In this document: one piece after another, positions 62,439-64,000 of the stretch
Layout: each line of letters starts with the position of its first letter
Position numbering within the stretch: position 1 is the stretch's first letter
Source of the DNA: Chiloscyllium plagiosum
Lineage: Eukaryota
Assembly: GCF_004010195.1 (NCBI RefSeq)
Contig: NC_057754.1
Location: 8,646,214 to 8,710,213, forward strand
DNA length: 64,000 bases
Reading direction: 5' to 3'
Made by a program: the position numbers and the translations under genes
The notes under the pieces: model-generated
What the model was told of the DNA's origin: nothing
The model's input: only the letters and a program-made list of their open reading frames with translations
Databases searched by the model: none

Positions 62439-62466
62439 CTGAAGAAGGGCTAATGCCCGAAACGTC
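62439..62466 (+). ncRNA. Minimal hammerhead ribozyme motif (perfect core) in a short PLE-derived repeat (~62437-62525)
   Basis: CTGAAGA-A-GGGC-TAAT-GCCC-GAAAC-GTC. Confidence 0.75.
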
Positions 62467-63166
62467 GATTCTCCTGTTCCCTAGATGCTGCCTGACCTGC
62501 TGCGCTTCTCCAGCAACACATTTCCATTTCATATCACACTACAAGTCACCCCACTAGATTATATACTCCCTCTGTCACTCACACACCCTCTCTCATATAC
62601 ACATGCTCTCTCTCTCTCTCACAGGCATATACTGTCACACTCACGCACACACATAGACACACATATATGTGTCTATGGGGTAAATTTGCATTTGCAGATA
62701 CATTCTATTTTGTTCAAAAAGCACACAATCTGTAAACAGTCCATGCGACATTTTGTAAATTCCTATTTGGAAATAGAACCAGTCTGACTCAAGGTTGGAA
62801 TACAAACCTCACACCTTTAATGCATTGTCTGAGCTGAGATGTCACTCAATGTTATATAAGACCTTAAGTTATCTCAGGACTGTGACTTGAAAGAAGTTCT
62901 GGGATTTACATATTAATCAATCGAAACCTGCATCCCATTCTAAGTGATTAAAGTCTTGAACAACAATCTAGATTTGGTCAATACCTCGCAGCAGTTGTGT
63001 GACACTTGGAATTTTTGCTATAAATCCTGTTTGCTATGATCCTGCCCCACTCGCTACCTGACCATGGAGCAGCGCTCCCAAAGATAGTGATTCCAAATAA
63101 ACCTGTTGGACTGGTGTTGTGTGCTGTTGAACACAGTCCAGCCCCAGTCCAACACCTCCATCTCAT

Positions 63167-63616
63167 NNNNNNNNNNNNNNNNNNNNNNNNNNNNNNNNNN
63201 NNNNNNNNNNNNNNNNNNNNNNNNNNNNNNNNNNNNNNNNNNNNNNNNNNNNNNNNNNNNNNNNNNNNNNNNNNNNNNNNNNNNNNNNNNNNNNNNNNNN
63301 NNNNNNNNNNNNNNNNNNNNNNNNNNNNNNNNNNNNNNNNNNNNNNNNNNNNNNNNNNNNNNNNNNNNNNNNNNNNNNNNNNNNNNNNNNNNNNNNNNNN
63401 NNNNNNNNNNNNNNNNNNNNNNNNNNNNNNNNNNNNNNNNNNNNNNNNNNNNNNNNNNNNNNNNNNNNNNNNNNNNNNNNNNNNNNNNNNNNNNNNNNNN
63501 NNNNNNNNNNNNNNNNNNNNNNNNNNNNNNNNNNNNNNNNNNNNNNNNNNNNNNNNNNNNNNNNNNNNNNNNNNNNNNNNNNNNNNNNNNNNNNNNNNNN
63601 NNNNNNNNNNNNNNNN
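63167..63616. other. Assembly gap (450 N)
   Basis: Run of N. Confidence 1.
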
Positions 63617-63900
63617 GGAGAAGGAGGCGGGGGACCCGCAGGCTTCACACAGGGACTTTCGGGGGGCCCAGGCATCCCCCTCGGGAGGTGATAAAACTGC
63701 CATCCGCCCATTCCCATTCCCATTCCCATTCCCAACCTGTCTCGCTATCTCCTCCAGCCGCTCCAACTCGGGTTGCCTCCACGACTGACACTGAGCATGC
63801 GCGGGATGCAGCCCGCGCCTGCGCTCTGTCCTCCCGAGCCCATTGATCGGAATCTGGCGCAGCGCGAGCGTTCCGGAGCGACGTTCTCGTGGTGATCCCT
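63617..63900. promoter_or_regulatory. CpG-island-like promoter / first-exon region, probably of the zinc-finger gene
   Basis: Abruptly GC- and CpG-rich, no repeat family recognised; NRF1-like TGAGCATGCGCG at 63792-63803; (GGGAAT)4GGG on the minus strand. Confidence 0.55.
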
Positions 63901-64000
63901 TCAGCTGGTGACTGACAGTTTAGTGCTTTGGTCCCCCAGTTGATATTGGGACTACAGGCACAATTCACAACTTCGGTGGAAACCAAAATATGTAGACCCT

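Larger units (their letters stand above)
58318..63166 (+). mobile_element. Penelope-like element with inverted termini, interrupted by retroviral sequence (~59220-62180)
   Basis: 58320-58800 is the inverse of ~62670-63110; RT remnant (QYANIFM..YIDDIFF) at 58850-59215; GIY-YIG remnant from 62185. Confidence 0.75.

Noticed and set aside
62978..63846. ORFs spanning the N run
   Set aside because: Artefacts of translating the assembly gap.

Overview
Repeat-dense vertebrate DNA, almost certainly from a shark/elasmobranch: it is full of HE1-type tRNA-derived SINEs and HER1/CR1 LINEs. Host genes are two tandem + strand two-exon class A GPCR paralogues of the GPR139/GPR142-related type and a KRAB-less 9-finger C2H2 gene (-, 56225-56986). 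GPCR gene A has exons at 7436-7502 and 11765-12674 with a single 1-nt frameshift; gene B has exons at 28177-28243 and 39400-40295 and is intact. The zinc-finger gene's probable CpG-island promoter lies beyond a 450-N gap. The rest is nested mobile DNA: CR1, Rex1-like and Tx1-like LINEs, a Gmr1-like LTR retrotransposon (integrase before RT, SCAN-like gag), solo LTRs, an endogenous retroviral gag, and many Penelope-like elements (PLEs). The PLEs have inverted ends, 12-14 bp TSDs and minimal hammerhead-ribozyme motifs with covarying stem II. Other notable structure: a telomere-like minisatellite whose period shifts along the array in gene B's intron, a 39-bp-arm hairpin upstream of gene B, and two locally templated insertions. 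Boundaries of degraded repeats were read by eye and are approximate; no database searches were run.
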